From positions 192,001 to 256,000 of the forward strand of contig CAVQYR010000002.1 in assembly GCA_963718235.1 (NCBI GenBank): a DNA stretch of 64,000 nt. Direction: 5' to 3'. Shown piece after piece: positions 30,371 to 40,724 of this stretch (position 1 is its first letter; each line of letters begins with the position of its first letter). Source of the DNA: an uncultured Actinomycetota bacterium. GTDB taxonomy: Bacteria; Actinomycetota; Actinomycetes; JAHEKZ01. The notes beneath the pieces are model-generated. The model searched no databases, was not told where the DNA came from, and saw nothing but the letters and a program-made list of their open reading frames with translations. Both the position numbers and the translations under genes were made by a program.

Positions 30371-30444
30371 GGGGCTGTGGCGCAGTCCGGTAGCGCACCT
30401 CGTTCGCAACGAGGGGGTCAGGGGTTCAAATCCCCTCAGCTCCA
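30371..30444 (+). tRNA. tRNA-Ala(CGC)
   Basis: GGGGCTGTGGCGCAGTCCGGTAGCGCACCTCGTTCGCAACGAGGGGGTCAGGGGTTCAAATCCCCTCAGCTCCA; G3:U70 pair; anticodon CGC. Confidence 0.96.
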
Positions 30445-30480
30445 CCCAATGACGACCGCTCCAGCGGCCACGGTCCAGCG

Positions 30481-32451
30481 TCAGCGTCGGCGACGGTCGA
30501 GCCTGGCCAGCGAGGCGTTGTACTCCGCCAGCTCTGCATCACCGTCACGGTCGGCCTGCCGGTCGCTGCGCCGGGCGGTCCGGTCGTCGTCGCGCGACCA
30601 CTGGACCAACAGGGCCACCATGGCGATGATCATGGGCACCTCGCCGAACCCCCAGGCGAACGCCGAGCCGGAGGACTGGTCGGCCAGCTGGTCGATCCCG
30701 TACGGGTTGCCCAGGGCGTCGTAGTACGACGATGCGAGGACGCTGGTCGAGCTCATCAGGGCGATCGCGAAGAATGCGTGGAACGGCAGCGAGACGAACA
30801 GCACGATGAGTCTCATCGGGTACGGAGCCCGGTTGGGCAGCGGGTCGACGCCGATCAGCGACTCATAGAACAAGAAGCCCACGAGCACGAAGTGGACATG
30901 CATCGCGAGGTGCGCCCAGTGGTGCTGCATGGCGTAGCCGAACAGCGGCCCGAAGTAGACCATGTACGGAGCGGTGACGAACAGGACGAGCGCGACGACG
31001 GGGTTCGTGAGGACCCGGGCGACCCGGCTGTGCAGGACGGCGAGCAGCCACTCCCGAGCACCGGCCGGCTGGTCACGTCCGGAAACCGGCAGCGCGCGCA
31101 ACGCCAGGCCGATCGGTGCGCCGAGCACGAGCAGGATCGGGCCGACCATGCCGATCAGCATGTGTTGGGTCATGTGCACGCTGAAGAGCAGCCGGCCGTA
31201 GGTCGACAGCCCGGAGAGCGTGGCGACGGCCATGACGCCGATCCCGCACGACCAGGCGATGGTTCGGCCGACCGGCCAGGCGTCACCGCGCCGGCGCAGG
31301 GTCAGCACCCCACGCGCGTAGAGGAGGGCCATCAGCAACAGGGTCAGGGCGACCAGGGTGTCGATCCGCCACGCTGTCATGAGGCGGAGCAGGTCCGGAG
31401 CCGGCGGGATGTCGTACCCCAGTGTGTCCGTGGCGAGCGTGGGTGGCCGCGGGTTCGGGCTTGCGGGGGTCGGCGTCTGCGAGAGGGCTGCGGCCACCCC
31501 GACCACCGCAACCATGACCAGGGCCTCGACCCCGGCGAACGCGCGGAACGCCCCCGGTTCGCGGCGCTCCAGCGCGGGGAGCGTACGCCGACGGTGCCAC
31601 CAGCCGAAGGCACCGAGCACCGCGAACAGCAGCACCTTCAGCAGCACGAGCCGGCCGTAGCCGGATCCCCACAGGTCCGACCACCGTGGCAGGCGGACGA
31701 CGGCGTTGGCCGCACCGCTGGCGCCGACCGCGACGAAGGCACCCAGGGCGAGGGGGCTGTACCGGCGTGCCGCGGTGGCCAGGAAACGCCCGTCGGTCCG
31801 GGCGTACCAGACCAGGGCCAGCAGCCCGCCCACCCACACGACGACGCCGAGCACGTGCACCACGAGCGAGGAGATGGCGAGGTCGTGGTCCCCGGCGGCG
31901 GCTGCGTGCCCGGCCAGGGCGGGGGGAACGACGGCGCAGCCGGCCGCCACCAGCGCGACCCAGGCTCCGGACGGCCGCTCGGCCTCCCGGGCGGCCAACG
32001 CGGTCACGACGGCAAGGGCGCCGGTGACGACCCAGGCCGACGAGGAGGGCAGATCGGGGACGTACGTGAGGAGCACGGACGGGCGCAGGACCTCCACGAC
32101 CGGCAGGGCCAGCACCTCGGAGAGGGTCAGGACGGAGACCGCAAGGGCGGCCCCGGCCCACACCAGCGAGGTCCAGGCGGCGGTCCGGGTGGCCCGGCGG
32201 GCGCCTCGGGACAGCACCTCCTTGGTGGACGGCACGAGCCCGGCCGCGGCCAGCAGGAGTCCGACCGTGGCTGCGGCGGCCAGGTCGGCGAGCAGCCGGG
32301 CCGCCGGCAGCGCCCACCCGGTGAGCGGGCCGGCGTCCGGGATCCCGGTGGGGACCGGCGCCGGCCGGCCCCCACCCAGGAACAGCGCGCCCACCATCAC
32401 CAGCAGGGCCAGGACTGCCCCGCCGGCGGCGACGCGAGCACCCTTAGGCAC
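30481..32451 (-). CDS. CopD + CtaG (cytochrome c oxidase assembly) fusion protein
   Basis: AGHAA, HVL...WVGGL, YG..V..K (CopD); WP..R..AW, HMTQHM, HF...G..F, PFHAFF, WGFGEVP (CtaG). Confidence 0.9.
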   Translation of the reverse strand: MPKGARVAAGGAVLALLVMVGALFLGGGRPAPVPTGIPDAGPLTGWALPAARLLADLAAAATVGLLLAAAGLVPSTKEVLSRGARRATRTAAWTSLVWAGAALAVSVLTLSEVLALPVVEVLRPSVLLTYVPDLPSSSAWVVTGALAVVTALAAREAERPSGAWVALVAAGCAVVPPALAGHAAAAGDHDLAISSLVVHVLGVVVWVGGLLALVWYARTDGRFLATAARRYSPLALGAFVAVGASGAANAVVRLPRWSDLWGSGYGRLVLLKVLLFAVLGAFGWWHRRRTLPALERREPGAFRAFAGVEALVMVAVVGVAAALSQTPTPASPNPRPPTLATDTLGYDIPPAPDLLRLMTAWRIDTLVALTLLLMALLYARGVLTLRRRGDAWPVGRTIAWSCGIGVMAVATLSGLSTYGRLLFSVHMTQHMLIGMVGPILLVLGAPIGLALRALPVSGRDQPAGAREWLLAVLHSRVARVLTNPVVALVLFVTAPYMVYFGPLFGYAMQHHWAHLAMHVHFVLVGFLFYESLIGVDPLPNRAPYPMRLIVLFVSLPFHAFFAIALMSSTSVLASSYYDALGNPYGIDQLADQSSGSAFAWGFGEVPMIIAMVALLVQWSRDDDRTARRSDRQADRDGDAELAEYNASLARLDRRRR

Positions 32452-33013
32452 GGCGTCCTCGGCGGACGACGGCTGTGACGACCAGAGCCAGCATCGCCAC
32501 GACGCCTGCGGCCAGTAGCCATCGGGCGCCCGAGTCGCCGGGGCCCGACGAGGTGTCGGCGGCCGCGGGCGAGGTGCCAGGGTCTGCGGTCACCGCCGAC
32601 CCAGTGGGCGAGGGTGACGACCCTCCTGATCCCTGGTAGGTGAACGTGTACTCGCCACTCACCGGATGGCCGTCGGCGGAGACCACGCGGTAGGCGACCC
32701 GGTAGGCACCGGACGTGGTCAGCGGGTCCAGCGTGACGGTCATGACCGGTCCGTCGACGGTAAGGGTGGCGCGCCGGTCGACGCGTACGTCGTCCGGCGC
32801 GGTCACCACGAGTGCCCGGCCCTCGGGTCGAAGGTCCTCCTCGAAGGTCAGCGTGACCGCCTCCGGGGCCCGGTCGAGTACGGCGCCGGCCTTTGGGTCC
32901 GAGCTGATCAGCCCGGCGTGAGCCGTGGCCGGCCCGGCGGACCCGGCCACGGTGAGGGTGGCCAGGGCCACGACGGTCGTCACTGCAGCAGCAGAAGATC
33001 TCAAACGGAACAT
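32444..33013 (-). CDS. copC: Copper resistance protein CopC
   Basis: Signal peptide then AHAGLISSDP..GA, V.LTF.E, YRVVSADGHPVSG, C-terminal TM helix. Confidence 0.9.
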   Translation of the reverse strand: MFRLRSSAAAVTTVVALATLTVAGSAGPATAHAGLISSDPKAGAVLDRAPEAVTLTFEEDLRPEGRALVVTAPDDVRVDRRATLTVDGPVMTVTLDPLTTSGAYRVAYRVVSADGHPVSGEYTFTYQGSGGSSPSPTGSAVTADPGTSPAAADTSSGPGDSGARWLLAAGVVAMLALVVTAVVRRGRRA

Positions 33014-33579
33014 GCAGAAGCCTCTCGGATGGTCGGGACGTGGACGGCTCCCGCAGGAGGTCCACGTCGACGATCCGAGAAGTCTTCGGTGCGGACGACG
33101 GGCGTCGTCCGTTCGTCGTCGATCGGTAGGCGCAGGGTCGGCGTGGCGATGTGTGGAGGGACGAGCACGATCACTCGTCGTGCGGCTCGGGCCGTGGCCC
33201 TCCACAGCAAGGCGTCACCTTGGGCCAGCCACCAGGCCAGGGCCGCTGCCGCGACCACGTGCCCGACCACCATCGGCCCGTTCGAGGACGCAGCCGACGA
33301 GGTGACCTCGTCGTGGTGGTGGCCGGTCAGGGTGAGGGTGAGGTGCAGCACGGGCTGAAGCGCGAGCAGGGCCACGAGGGCACGCCCGAAGCCGACCCGG
33401 CGCCCGGCGACGACGATGCCGACGACCCACGCCACCGCGGCCATGACGGCCAGCGCCGGCGCGGGCGGGGCCGCTCCGCCTGCGCCGAGATGGCCGGCGA
33501 GGGAGATGGCCACGGCGGCTGCGCCCACCGAGGTGCCGCGCAGGACACGGCGGGCACCGCCGTCGGGGGTCACGGACAC
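33001..33579 (-). CDS. His-containing membrane protein typical upstream of copC/ycnI
   Basis: GH..AGG, Q..LH, HHH, M..GH..A, RRGPP. Confidence 0.75.
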   Translation of the reverse strand: MSVTPDGGARRVLRGTSVGAAAVAISLAGHLGAGGAAPPAPALAVMAAVAWVVGIVVAGRRVGFGRALVALLALQPVLHLTLTLTGHHHDEVTSSAASSNGPMVVGHVVAAAALAWWLAQGDALLWRATARAARRVIVLVPPHIATPTLRLPIDDERTTPVVRTEDFSDRRRGPPAGAVHVPTIREASACSV

Positions 33580-33592
33580 CCGCTCAGGCTAG

Positions 33593-35182
33593 TCACACCC
33601 AGAACTGGATGTGCAGCAGTCGTTGCCACCACTGCTCATACGGGATGACGGCCGCGGTGAACACCGGCCACAGCGCCACGAACGCCGCCAGGGCGAGCAC
33701 CAGGTAGGCGCCGACGGCGGTCGCCCCCCACCTGCGTCTCGTCGAGGAGCTGCCCGGTGGCCCTAGTACCCAGCCCAGGGCCAAGGTCACCGCCATGACC
33801 AGGAACGGGACGAAGACGACGGCGTAGAACGAGAAGATCGTGCGGTCGGAGTAGTGGAACCACGGCAGCCAGCCGGCCACCACGGCGACGAGGACGGCTG
33901 CCGCCCGCCAGTCGAGTCGGCTGACGACCAGCCACACCATCACGAGCAGCGCAGCCGCCGCGCCCCACCAGATCACCGGGTTGCCGAGGGCGATGACCTC
34001 ACGGGCGCAGGACGCGACCTGGCACCCGGCCTCACCCTGCTTGGGGGACTCGTAGAAGAAGGACACCGGGCGGGAGAGGAACAGCCAGCCGGCTGGGTGC
34101 GACTCGTAGTCGTGCGGGCTGTCCAGGCCGACGTGGAAGTCGTAGGCCGTGGCGTGGTAGTGCCACAGCGAGCGCAACGCGTCGGGGATGAAGCCGAAGT
34201 GGGCGCTCGGGTTCTCGGCCCCCCACTGGCGCGAGTAGCCCCCGGAGGTCGACAGCCATCCCCACCACGAGGAGACGTACACCACCAGGGCGATCGGCAC
34301 CATCGATGCGAACGCCGGGAGCGCGTCCTTGGTCAGCGCCCCGAGCCACGGGCGCCGGACACCCGCGGCCCGCCGCATGGAGACGTCCCAGGCCACGGTG
34401 AGCAGGCCGAACGCCGCCAGGAACCACAGCCCGTTCCACTTCACCGCGCAGGCCGCGCCGAGCAGCGCCCCGGCCAGCAGGAGCAGCGGGCGGAACCCGA
34501 CCCGACAACCGAGGGTCTGGTCGTAGTACTGGCTCAGGCGGTCGGCCACCCGCGACCGGCTGTGCTCACGGTCGATGACGAGCACGGCGAACGCCGCCAG
34601 CACGAAGAACGACAAGGGGAGGTCGAGCAGGGCGGTCCGGCTCATCACGAGGTGCAGGCCGTCGATGGCCAGGAGGAACCCGGCGACGGTCCCGAGGAGG
34701 GCGGACCGGGTCATCCGGTAGACGACCCGAGCCACGATCAGCACGCTCAGGGTTCCCAGGAACGCCACGACGTAGCGCCAGCCGAACGGTGTCATACCGA
34801 AGGCCTGCTCGCCGAGGGCGATCAGCCACTTGCCCAACGGCGGGTGGACGACGTACGCGGGGGTGTCGCCGAACACGTCGAGGTTCCCAGCGAGGATCTT
34901 CTTGTCGGCCGAACCGATGAAGCTCTGCTCGTAGTGGTACTTCAGCAGCGAGTAGGCGTCCTTGGCGTAGTAGGTCTCGTCGAAGACGAACGACTTCGGC
35001 GTTCCCAGCCGGTAGAAGCGCAGCACCCCGGCGAGCACCGTCATCGCCAACGGGCCGACCCAGCCACGCCAGCTGCTGTCCAGGGGCGGAGGACGCAGCT
35101 GCTCGCGGATGCGGCGCTGCGTGCTGACCGACGGTTGGTGGGTCACCCGCGCCGGCGGCTCATGCACGTCAGCGGTCGCCAC
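33593..35182 (-). CDS. pmt: Protein O-mannosyltransferase
   Basis: VFDETYYAKDA, VHPPLGKW, FGWR, SR.ALLD, KWNG, H.YES.P..W, GNP..WW. Confidence 0.93.
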   Translation of the reverse strand: MATADVHEPPARVTHQPSVSTQRRIREQLRPPPLDSSWRGWVGPLAMTVLAGVLRFYRLGTPKSFVFDETYYAKDAYSLLKYHYEQSFIGSADKKILAGNLDVFGDTPAYVVHPPLGKWLIALGEQAFGMTPFGWRYVVAFLGTLSVLIVARVVYRMTRSALLGTVAGFLLAIDGLHLVMSRTALLDLPLSFFVLAAFAVLVIDREHSRSRVADRLSQYYDQTLGCRVGFRPLLLLAGALLGAACAVKWNGLWFLAAFGLLTVAWDVSMRRAAGVRRPWLGALTKDALPAFASMVPIALVVYVSSWWGWLSTSGGYSRQWGAENPSAHFGFIPDALRSLWHYHATAYDFHVGLDSPHDYESHPAGWLFLSRPVSFFYESPKQGEAGCQVASCAREVIALGNPVIWWGAAAALLVMVWLVVSRLDWRAAAVLVAVVAGWLPWFHYSDRTIFSFYAVVFVPFLVMAVTLALGWVLGPPGSSSTRRRWGATAVGAYLVLALAAFVALWPVFTAAVIPYEQWWQRLLHIQFWV

Positions 35183-35232
35183 CTGAGCATCGTAGGTCTC
35201 CAGGGCGGGTGCCTCGGTGCGAGGATCAGACG

Positions 35233-36060
35233 GTGACCGGACGCCTGGTGCTCGCCGCCACCCCGCTGGGTGACGTCGGCGATGCGTCGATGCGTCTGGT
35301 GGAGGCGCTGGGCTCGGCCGACGTGATCGCCGCGGAGGACACCCGGCGACTGCGTCGGCTCACGACGGCGCTGGGGGTGGAGCCGACCGGACGGGTCGTC
35401 TCGTACCACGAGCACAACGAGGGGCGGCGAACCGCCGAGCTCGTCGAAGCGGTGGGCGCCGGGCAGACCGTCCTTCTGGTCACCGACGCCGGGATGCCGT
35501 CGGTGAGCGACCCCGGCTACCGCCTCGTGGTCGCCACCGTGGAAGCCGGCCTGCCCGTCACCGTCCTTCCGGGTCCGTCGGCTCTGCTCACGGCACTGGC
35601 CCTGTCCGGGCTGCCGGTCGACCGGTTCTGCTTCGAGGGCTTCCTGCCGCGGAAGGCGGGCCAGCGGCGCGAGCGGCTGCGAGGACTGGTCGACGAGCCG
35701 CGCACGATGGTGTTCTTCGAAGCCCCGCACCGGCTGCACGACGTCCTCGTCGACCTGGCCGAGTCCTTCGGCTCGGAGCGTCCGGCGGCCGTGTGCCGTG
35801 AGCTCACCAAGACCTACGAGGAGGTGGTCCGTGGGCCGCTGAGCCAGCTCGTCGTGTGGTCCGAGGGCGAGGTGCGCGGGGAGATCACCCTCGTCGTCCA
35901 GGGAGCGTCCACCCAGCCGGTCGACCTGGACGACGAGACCGTCGCCGTCCTGGTCGGTGAGCACACCTCCGCGGGGTCGAGCACGCGCGACGCGGTCGAT
36001 GCCGTGGCTCGGGCGACCGGCCTGCCCCGCCGTCGGGTCTACGATGCGGCTCACCGATGA
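35233..36060 (+). CDS. rsmI: 16S rRNA C1402 2'-O-methyltransferase
   Basis: ATPLG...D.S.R, AEDTR, DAGMP.VSDPG, FEGFLP, FE.PHR, RELTK.YEE. Confidence 0.95.
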   Translation: MTGRLVLAATPLGDVGDASMRLVEALGSADVIAAEDTRRLRRLTTALGVEPTGRVVSYHEHNEGRRTAELVEAVGAGQTVLLVTDAGMPSVSDPGYRLVVATVEAGLPVTVLPGPSALLTALALSGLPVDRFCFEGFLPRKAGQRRERLRGLVDEPRTMVFFEAPHRLHDVLVDLAESFGSERPAAVCRELTKTYEEVVRGPLSQLVVWSEGEVRGEITLVVQGASTQPVDLDDETVAVLVGEHTSAGSSTRDAVDAVARATGLPRRRVYDAAHR

Positions 36061-36845
36061 ACCGACCCGTCGAGGAGCTGCCGGTCCGGGCCCAGTGGTT
36101 CGAGACCACCTCCGTCGACCCCTCGGTGACCTGGATCGTCGAACCGGCCGTCCACCCGTTCCTCCGGTCCAACACCTGGCACGTGCGCGGGCGCGACCGC
36201 GACCTGCTCGTCGACACCGGTCTCGGGGTCGGCGACCTTCGCGCAGCGCTCCCGGAGGTCTTCGACCGCGAGCCGGTGGTTTTCGTCACCCACGCCCACC
36301 TCGACCACATGGGCGGCGCCCACGACTTCGCCGAGCGGTGGGCCCACCGGGCCGAGGCTCCCGCGTTGGTCGAGCCGGAGCAGGACCCCCTGGTGACCGC
36401 CGACCTGCCCCCCGCGTTCGCCGCGGCGCTGGCCGCCGACGAGCCCGGTGGGGTGGCTCCACCCTTCCTGATCTCGGCGGTCCCCTACGCCGGGTACGAC
36501 CCGTTCAGCTACGCCCTCCAGCCCGCACCCGCAACCACGTTGGTCGACGACGGCGACGTCATCGACCTCGGGGACCGAGCCCTGGAGGTGCTGCACCTGC
36601 CCGGGCACACACCCGGCTCGGCCGCCCTGTTCGACCGGACGACGGGCACGTTGTTCAGCGGCGACATGGTCTACGACGGCACGTTGCTCGACGAGCTGCC
36701 GGAGTCGAACATCGACGACTACGTCGTGTCCGTACGCCGGCTGCTCGACCTCCCGGTGAACGTGGTGCATGCCGGGCACGAGCCGTCCTTCGACGGTGCG
36801 CGGCTGCGAGCGCTGTGCCTGGCCTACCTGGAGGCACGCGCCTGA
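36057..36845 (+). CDS. Metallo-beta-lactamase fold hydrolase
   Basis: THAHLDHMGG, PGHTPGS, LFSGD, AGH. Confidence 0.9.
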   Translation: MNRPVEELPVRAQWFETTSVDPSVTWIVEPAVHPFLRSNTWHVRGRDRDLLVDTGLGVGDLRAALPEVFDREPVVFVTHAHLDHMGGAHDFAERWAHRAEAPALVEPEQDPLVTADLPPAFAAALAADEPGGVAPPFLISAVPYAGYDPFSYALQPAPATTLVDDGDVIDLGDRALEVLHLPGHTPGSAALFDRTTGTLFSGDMVYDGTLLDELPESNIDDYVVSVRRLLDLPVNVVHAGHEPSFDGARLRALCLAYLEARA

Positions 36846-36878
36846 AACCGTCTTGCAGCGGCCCCTAGGATTCACCGT

Positions 36879-38471
36879 GTGAGCCTCCCCGCCGGCAAGA
36901 CGTACTACGTCACGACACCGATCTACTACGTCAACGACGCACCGCACATCGGGCACGCGTACACCACGGTTGCGGGTGACGTGCTGACCCGCTGGCACCG
37001 CCAGCGTGGGGAGAGTGTCTGGTACCTCACCGGCACCGACGAGCACGGGCAGAAGGTCATGCGAACTGCGGAGGCGAACGGCGTCTCTCCGCAGGAGTGG
37101 TGCGACACGCTGGTCGAGACGGCGTGGCGGCCGGTTCTGGGGACGCTGGACATCGCCAACGACGACTTCATCCGCACGACCGAGGACCGGCACGCCCGAC
37201 GGGTACAGGCGTTCCTGCAGGTGCTGCGCGACGCCGGGGAGATCAACGAGGGCTCCTACACCGGCCCGTACTGCGTGGGGTGTGAGGAGTTCAAGCTGCC
37301 GGGCGACCTCGTGGAGGGTGACGACGGTGTCCTGCTGTGTCCCGTCCACGACCGGCCGGTCGAGGACGTCTCCGAGACCAACTGGTTCTTCCGGCTCAGC
37401 GCCTACGGAGACCGCCTCCTGCAGCACTACCGGGACCACCCCGAGGCGGTCGAGCCGGCGAGCGCACGCAACGAGGTGGTGTCGTTCATCGAGCAGGGGC
37501 TCAACGACCTGTCGATCTCCCGGTCGTCCTTCGACTGGGGGATCCCGATCCCCTGGGACCCCTCGCAGGTCACCTACGTCTGGTTCGACGCCCTGCTCAA
37601 CTACGCCACCGCCGTCGGCTATGGCGACACCGAGGGGCCAGGGGTGGAGCAGTTCGCGCGCACGTTCCCGGCCGACGTCCACCTGGTCGGCAAGGACATC
37701 CTGCGCTTCCACGCCGTGATCTGGCCCGCGATGCTCATGGCGGCCGGGCTGCCTCTTCCCCGGCAGGTCTTCGCGCACGGCTGGCTGCTTGTCGGCGGCG
37801 AGAAGATGAGCAAGTCCAAGCTCACCGGTATCGCCCCCGCACAGATCACCGACCACTTCGGCACCGACGCGTTCCGGTACTACTTCCTGCGTGCCATCGC
37901 GTTCGGCCAGGACGGGTCGTTCTCGTGGGAGCACATGCACGCGGTGTACACCGCCGAGCTGGCCAACGGCCTGGGAAACCTCGCGTCACGGGTGGCTGCG
38001 ATGGTCGCCAAGTACTGCGACGGCGTGCTGCCCGCGCCGGTCGAGGAAGGCGAGGCCGAGGAGGCACTGGCGCTGGTCCTCGCCGACCGGGCCTCGGTCG
38101 CCGACCAGGCGATCCGGGAGCTGCGGTTCCACGACGGCCTGGTGGCGATCAAGGACTTCGTCGACGCCGTCAACGGGTACGTCACCGAGCAGGCCCCCTG
38201 GCAGGTGGCCAAGGACGAAGCCGCCCAGGGTCGGCTGCACACCATCTTGTACACCTCCGCCGATGCCCTGCGGGCGATCGCTGTGCTCCATGCCGCGGTG
38301 ATGCCGTCGACGGCGGCCCGGCTGTGGGCGCTGCTCGGGGCCGAGGAAGGGCTGGGAGCGCTTGGCGACCAGCCGGTGCAGGACGTCGCCGCATGGGGCC
38401 AGCTGGCTCCGGGTGCCCGGCTCACCAAGGGTGACGCGCTGTTCCCGAGGCTGGACGAGCCCACGTCCTAG
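36879..38471 (+). CDS. metG: Methionine--tRNA ligase (short form)
   Basis: TTPIYYVN..PHIGH, GTDEHG.K, YVWFDAL.NY, KMSKS. Confidence 0.97.
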   Translation: MSLPAGKTYYVTTPIYYVNDAPHIGHAYTTVAGDVLTRWHRQRGESVWYLTGTDEHGQKVMRTAEANGVSPQEWCDTLVETAWRPVLGTLDIANDDFIRTTEDRHARRVQAFLQVLRDAGEINEGSYTGPYCVGCEEFKLPGDLVEGDDGVLLCPVHDRPVEDVSETNWFFRLSAYGDRLLQHYRDHPEAVEPASARNEVVSFIEQGLNDLSISRSSFDWGIPIPWDPSQVTYVWFDALLNYATAVGYGDTEGPGVEQFARTFPADVHLVGKDILRFHAVIWPAMLMAAGLPLPRQVFAHGWLLVGGEKMSKSKLTGIAPAQITDHFGTDAFRYYFLRAIAFGQDGSFSWEHMHAVYTAELANGLGNLASRVAAMVAKYCDGVLPAPVEEGEAEEALALVLADRASVADQAIRELRFHDGLVAIKDFVDAVNGYVTEQAPWQVAKDEAAQGRLHTILYTSADALRAIAVLHAAVMPSTAARLWALLGAEEGLGALGDQPVQDVAAWGQLAPGARLTKGDALFPRLDEPTS

Positions 38472-38499
38472 GGGCGTCCTGGGGGCATAGCCTTCGACC

Positions 38500-39882
38500 A
38501 TGGCCGACTTCACCCCCCGGACGATCATCGAGCCGTTTCGGATCCACTCCGTGGAGCCGTTGCGTCTGACGTCGGAGGCTGAGCGGCGAGCGGCCCTGGT
38601 GGAGGCGGGGTACAACCTGTTCAACCTGCGCGCCACCGACGTCCTGGTCGACCTTCTGACCGACTCCGGGACGGGCGCGATGTCCCGCGACCAGTGGGCC
38701 GCGATCCAGCGCGGAGACGAGTCGTACGCGGGATCCCCGTCGTGGTTCGTCTTCCGGGACGCGGTGCAGGAGCTGTTCCCGTTCCGGCACGTCATCCCCA
38801 CCCACCAGGGTCGGGCCGCCGAGCGGATCCTGTTCAGCGCCCTCGGGGGGCCGGGCAAGGTGGTGCCGAACAACACCCACTTCGACACCACGCGGGCCAA
38901 CGTGGAGGCCACCGGGGCCGAGGCCGTCGACCTGGTGATCCCCGAGGGCAAGGAGCCCCAGTCCGACCATCCCTTCAAGGGCAACATGGACGTCGCCGCG
39001 CTCGACGTGCTGCTGGCCGAACGCGCGGCCGACGTGCCCGTCGTGATGATGACCATCACCAACAACTCCGGCGGTGGACAGCCGGTCTCGATGGCCAATC
39101 TGCTCGCAGTCCGCGAGGTGTGCGACCGGTACGGCGTCCCGTTGTTCCTCGACGCGTGCCGGTTTGCGGAGAACGCGTGGTTCATCCGTGAGCGGGAGGC
39201 CGGGATGGGCGACCGCGACGTGCGCGACATCGTGCGCGAGATCGCAGCCATCGCCGACGGCATGACGATGAGCGCCAAGAAGGACCCGATGGGCAACATC
39301 GGTGGCTGGCTGGCGCTCGACGACGACGGCCTCGCCGAGCAGTGCCGCAACCTGCTGATCCTCACCGAGGGCTTCCCGACCTACGGCGGGCTGGCCGGCC
39401 GTGACCTCGAGGCGCTCGCGCAGGGTCTGCGCGAGGTCATCGACCACGACTACCTGCGGTACCGGATCCGCTCCACGGCCTACCTTGGTGACGCGCTGCA
39501 GCAGGTGGGGATCCCGGTGGTCACGCCGATCGGCGGTCATGCGGTGTATCTCGACGCCCGTGCTCTGCTCACCCATCTCGACCCGCTCCGGTACCCGGGA
39601 CAGTCGCTCGCCGTGGCCTTGTACGAGGTCGGCGGGGTCCGGGGCTGCGAGATCGGCACGGTGATGTTCGGACGCGGTCCGGACGGTACCGAGCAGCCGG
39701 CGGCGATGGATCTCGTGCGGCTGGCGATCCCGAGGCGTACCTACACCCAAAGCCACATGGACTACGTGATCGAGGTGTGCGAGGAGGTCGCCCAAAGGGC
39801 GCCGGAGCTGCCCGGCTACCGGATCACCGAGCAGCCGGCGGCGCTTCGGCACTTCACCGCCACGTTCGAGCCGGTCACCTGA
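38500..39882 (+). CDS. tnaA: Tryptophanase
   Basis: EPFRI..VE, DLLTDSGT, GDE.YAGS, HQGR.AE, SAKKD (PLP lysine); FDTT and C-terminal LRHF favour tryptophanase over tyrosine phenol-lyase (FTTT/LRFF). Confidence 0.88.
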   Translation: MADFTPRTIIEPFRIHSVEPLRLTSEAERRAALVEAGYNLFNLRATDVLVDLLTDSGTGAMSRDQWAAIQRGDESYAGSPSWFVFRDAVQELFPFRHVIPTHQGRAAERILFSALGGPGKVVPNNTHFDTTRANVEATGAEAVDLVIPEGKEPQSDHPFKGNMDVAALDVLLAERAADVPVVMMTITNNSGGGQPVSMANLLAVREVCDRYGVPLFLDACRFAENAWFIREREAGMGDRDVRDIVREIAAIADGMTMSAKKDPMGNIGGWLALDDDGLAEQCRNLLILTEGFPTYGGLAGRDLEALAQGLREVIDHDYLRYRIRSTAYLGDALQQVGIPVVTPIGGHAVYLDARALLTHLDPLRYPGQSLAVALYEVGGVRGCEIGTVMFGRGPDGTEQPAAMDLVRLAIPRRTYTQSHMDYVIEVCEEVAQRAPELPGYRITEQPAALRHFTATFEPVT

Positions 39883-39887
39883 TCGCG

Positions 39888-40724
39888 ATGCCGGCCGATC
39901 GGTCGTTCCCGCCCGCCCCGCAGCCGCTCCCGTCGCCGGTCGCGGACAGCCACTGCCACCTCGACCTGGCGCTCGACGGCGACCCCCCCACGGTGGCGGC
40001 TGCCGTGGCTCGGGCCGCCGAGGTGGGAGTCACCAGGATCGTGCAGATCGGCTGCGACCTTCCGGGCGCACGCTGGGCCGTTCGGGTGGCCGACGAGCAC
40101 CCGTCCGTGGTCGCCGGGGTCGCGCTGCACCCGAACGAGGCCCCGCGGCTGGCCGCGGCCGGCACGCTGGACCACGCCCTCGACGAGATCGCGGCCCTCG
40201 CCGAGCACCCGCGGGTGCGAGCCGTGGGCGAGACGGGGCTGGACCACTACCGCACCGGCGAGGCGGGACGCCCCGCGCAGGAGCACGCGTTTCGGCGCCA
40301 TATCGCGCTGAGCAAGCGGCTGGGCAAGGCCCTGGTGATCCACGACCGCGACGCCCACGCCGACGTCCTGCGCGTCGTCGACGACGAAGGTGCCCCGGAG
40401 CGAGTGGTGATGCACTGCTTCAGCGGTGATGCCGCGTTCGCTCGCGCGTGCCTGGACCGGGGGTTCATCCTGTCCTTCGCAGGCACGGTCACGTTCAAGA
40501 ACGCCGATGGTCTTCGCGAGGCGCTGGCCGCGTGCCCCCTCGACCAGGTCCTGGTCGAGACCGACGCCCCCTACCTCGCGCCAGTGCCGTTTCGGGGCCG
40601 CCCGAACGCCTCGTACCTGGTCCCCACGACGGTGCGGCTCATGGCCGAGGTGCTCGGGACCGACCTGGCCGTCCTGGCCGCAGCCGTCGACGCCAACACC
40701 ACCCGGGTCTTCGGCTCCTGGTGA
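39888..40724 (+). CDS. tatD: TatD family hydrolase
   Basis: DSHCHL, LHPN, VGETGLD, IHDRDA, MHCFSG, VETDAPYL. Confidence 0.95.
   Translation: MPADRSFPPAPQPLPSPVADSHCHLDLALDGDPPTVAAAVARAAEVGVTRIVQIGCDLPGARWAVRVADEHPSVVAGVALHPNEAPRLAAAGTLDHALDEIAALAEHPRVRAVGETGLDHYRTGEAGRPAQEHAFRRHIALSKRLGKALVIHDRDAHADVLRVVDDEGAPERVVMHCFSGDAAFARACLDRGFILSFAGTVTFKNADGLREALAACPLDQVLVETDAPYLAPVPFRGRPNASYLVPTTVRLMAEVLGTDLAVLAAAVDANTTRVFGSW

Noticed and set aside
38472-38499. TnaC leader peptide
   Set aside because: Only 28 nt of intergenic sequence; no leader ORF
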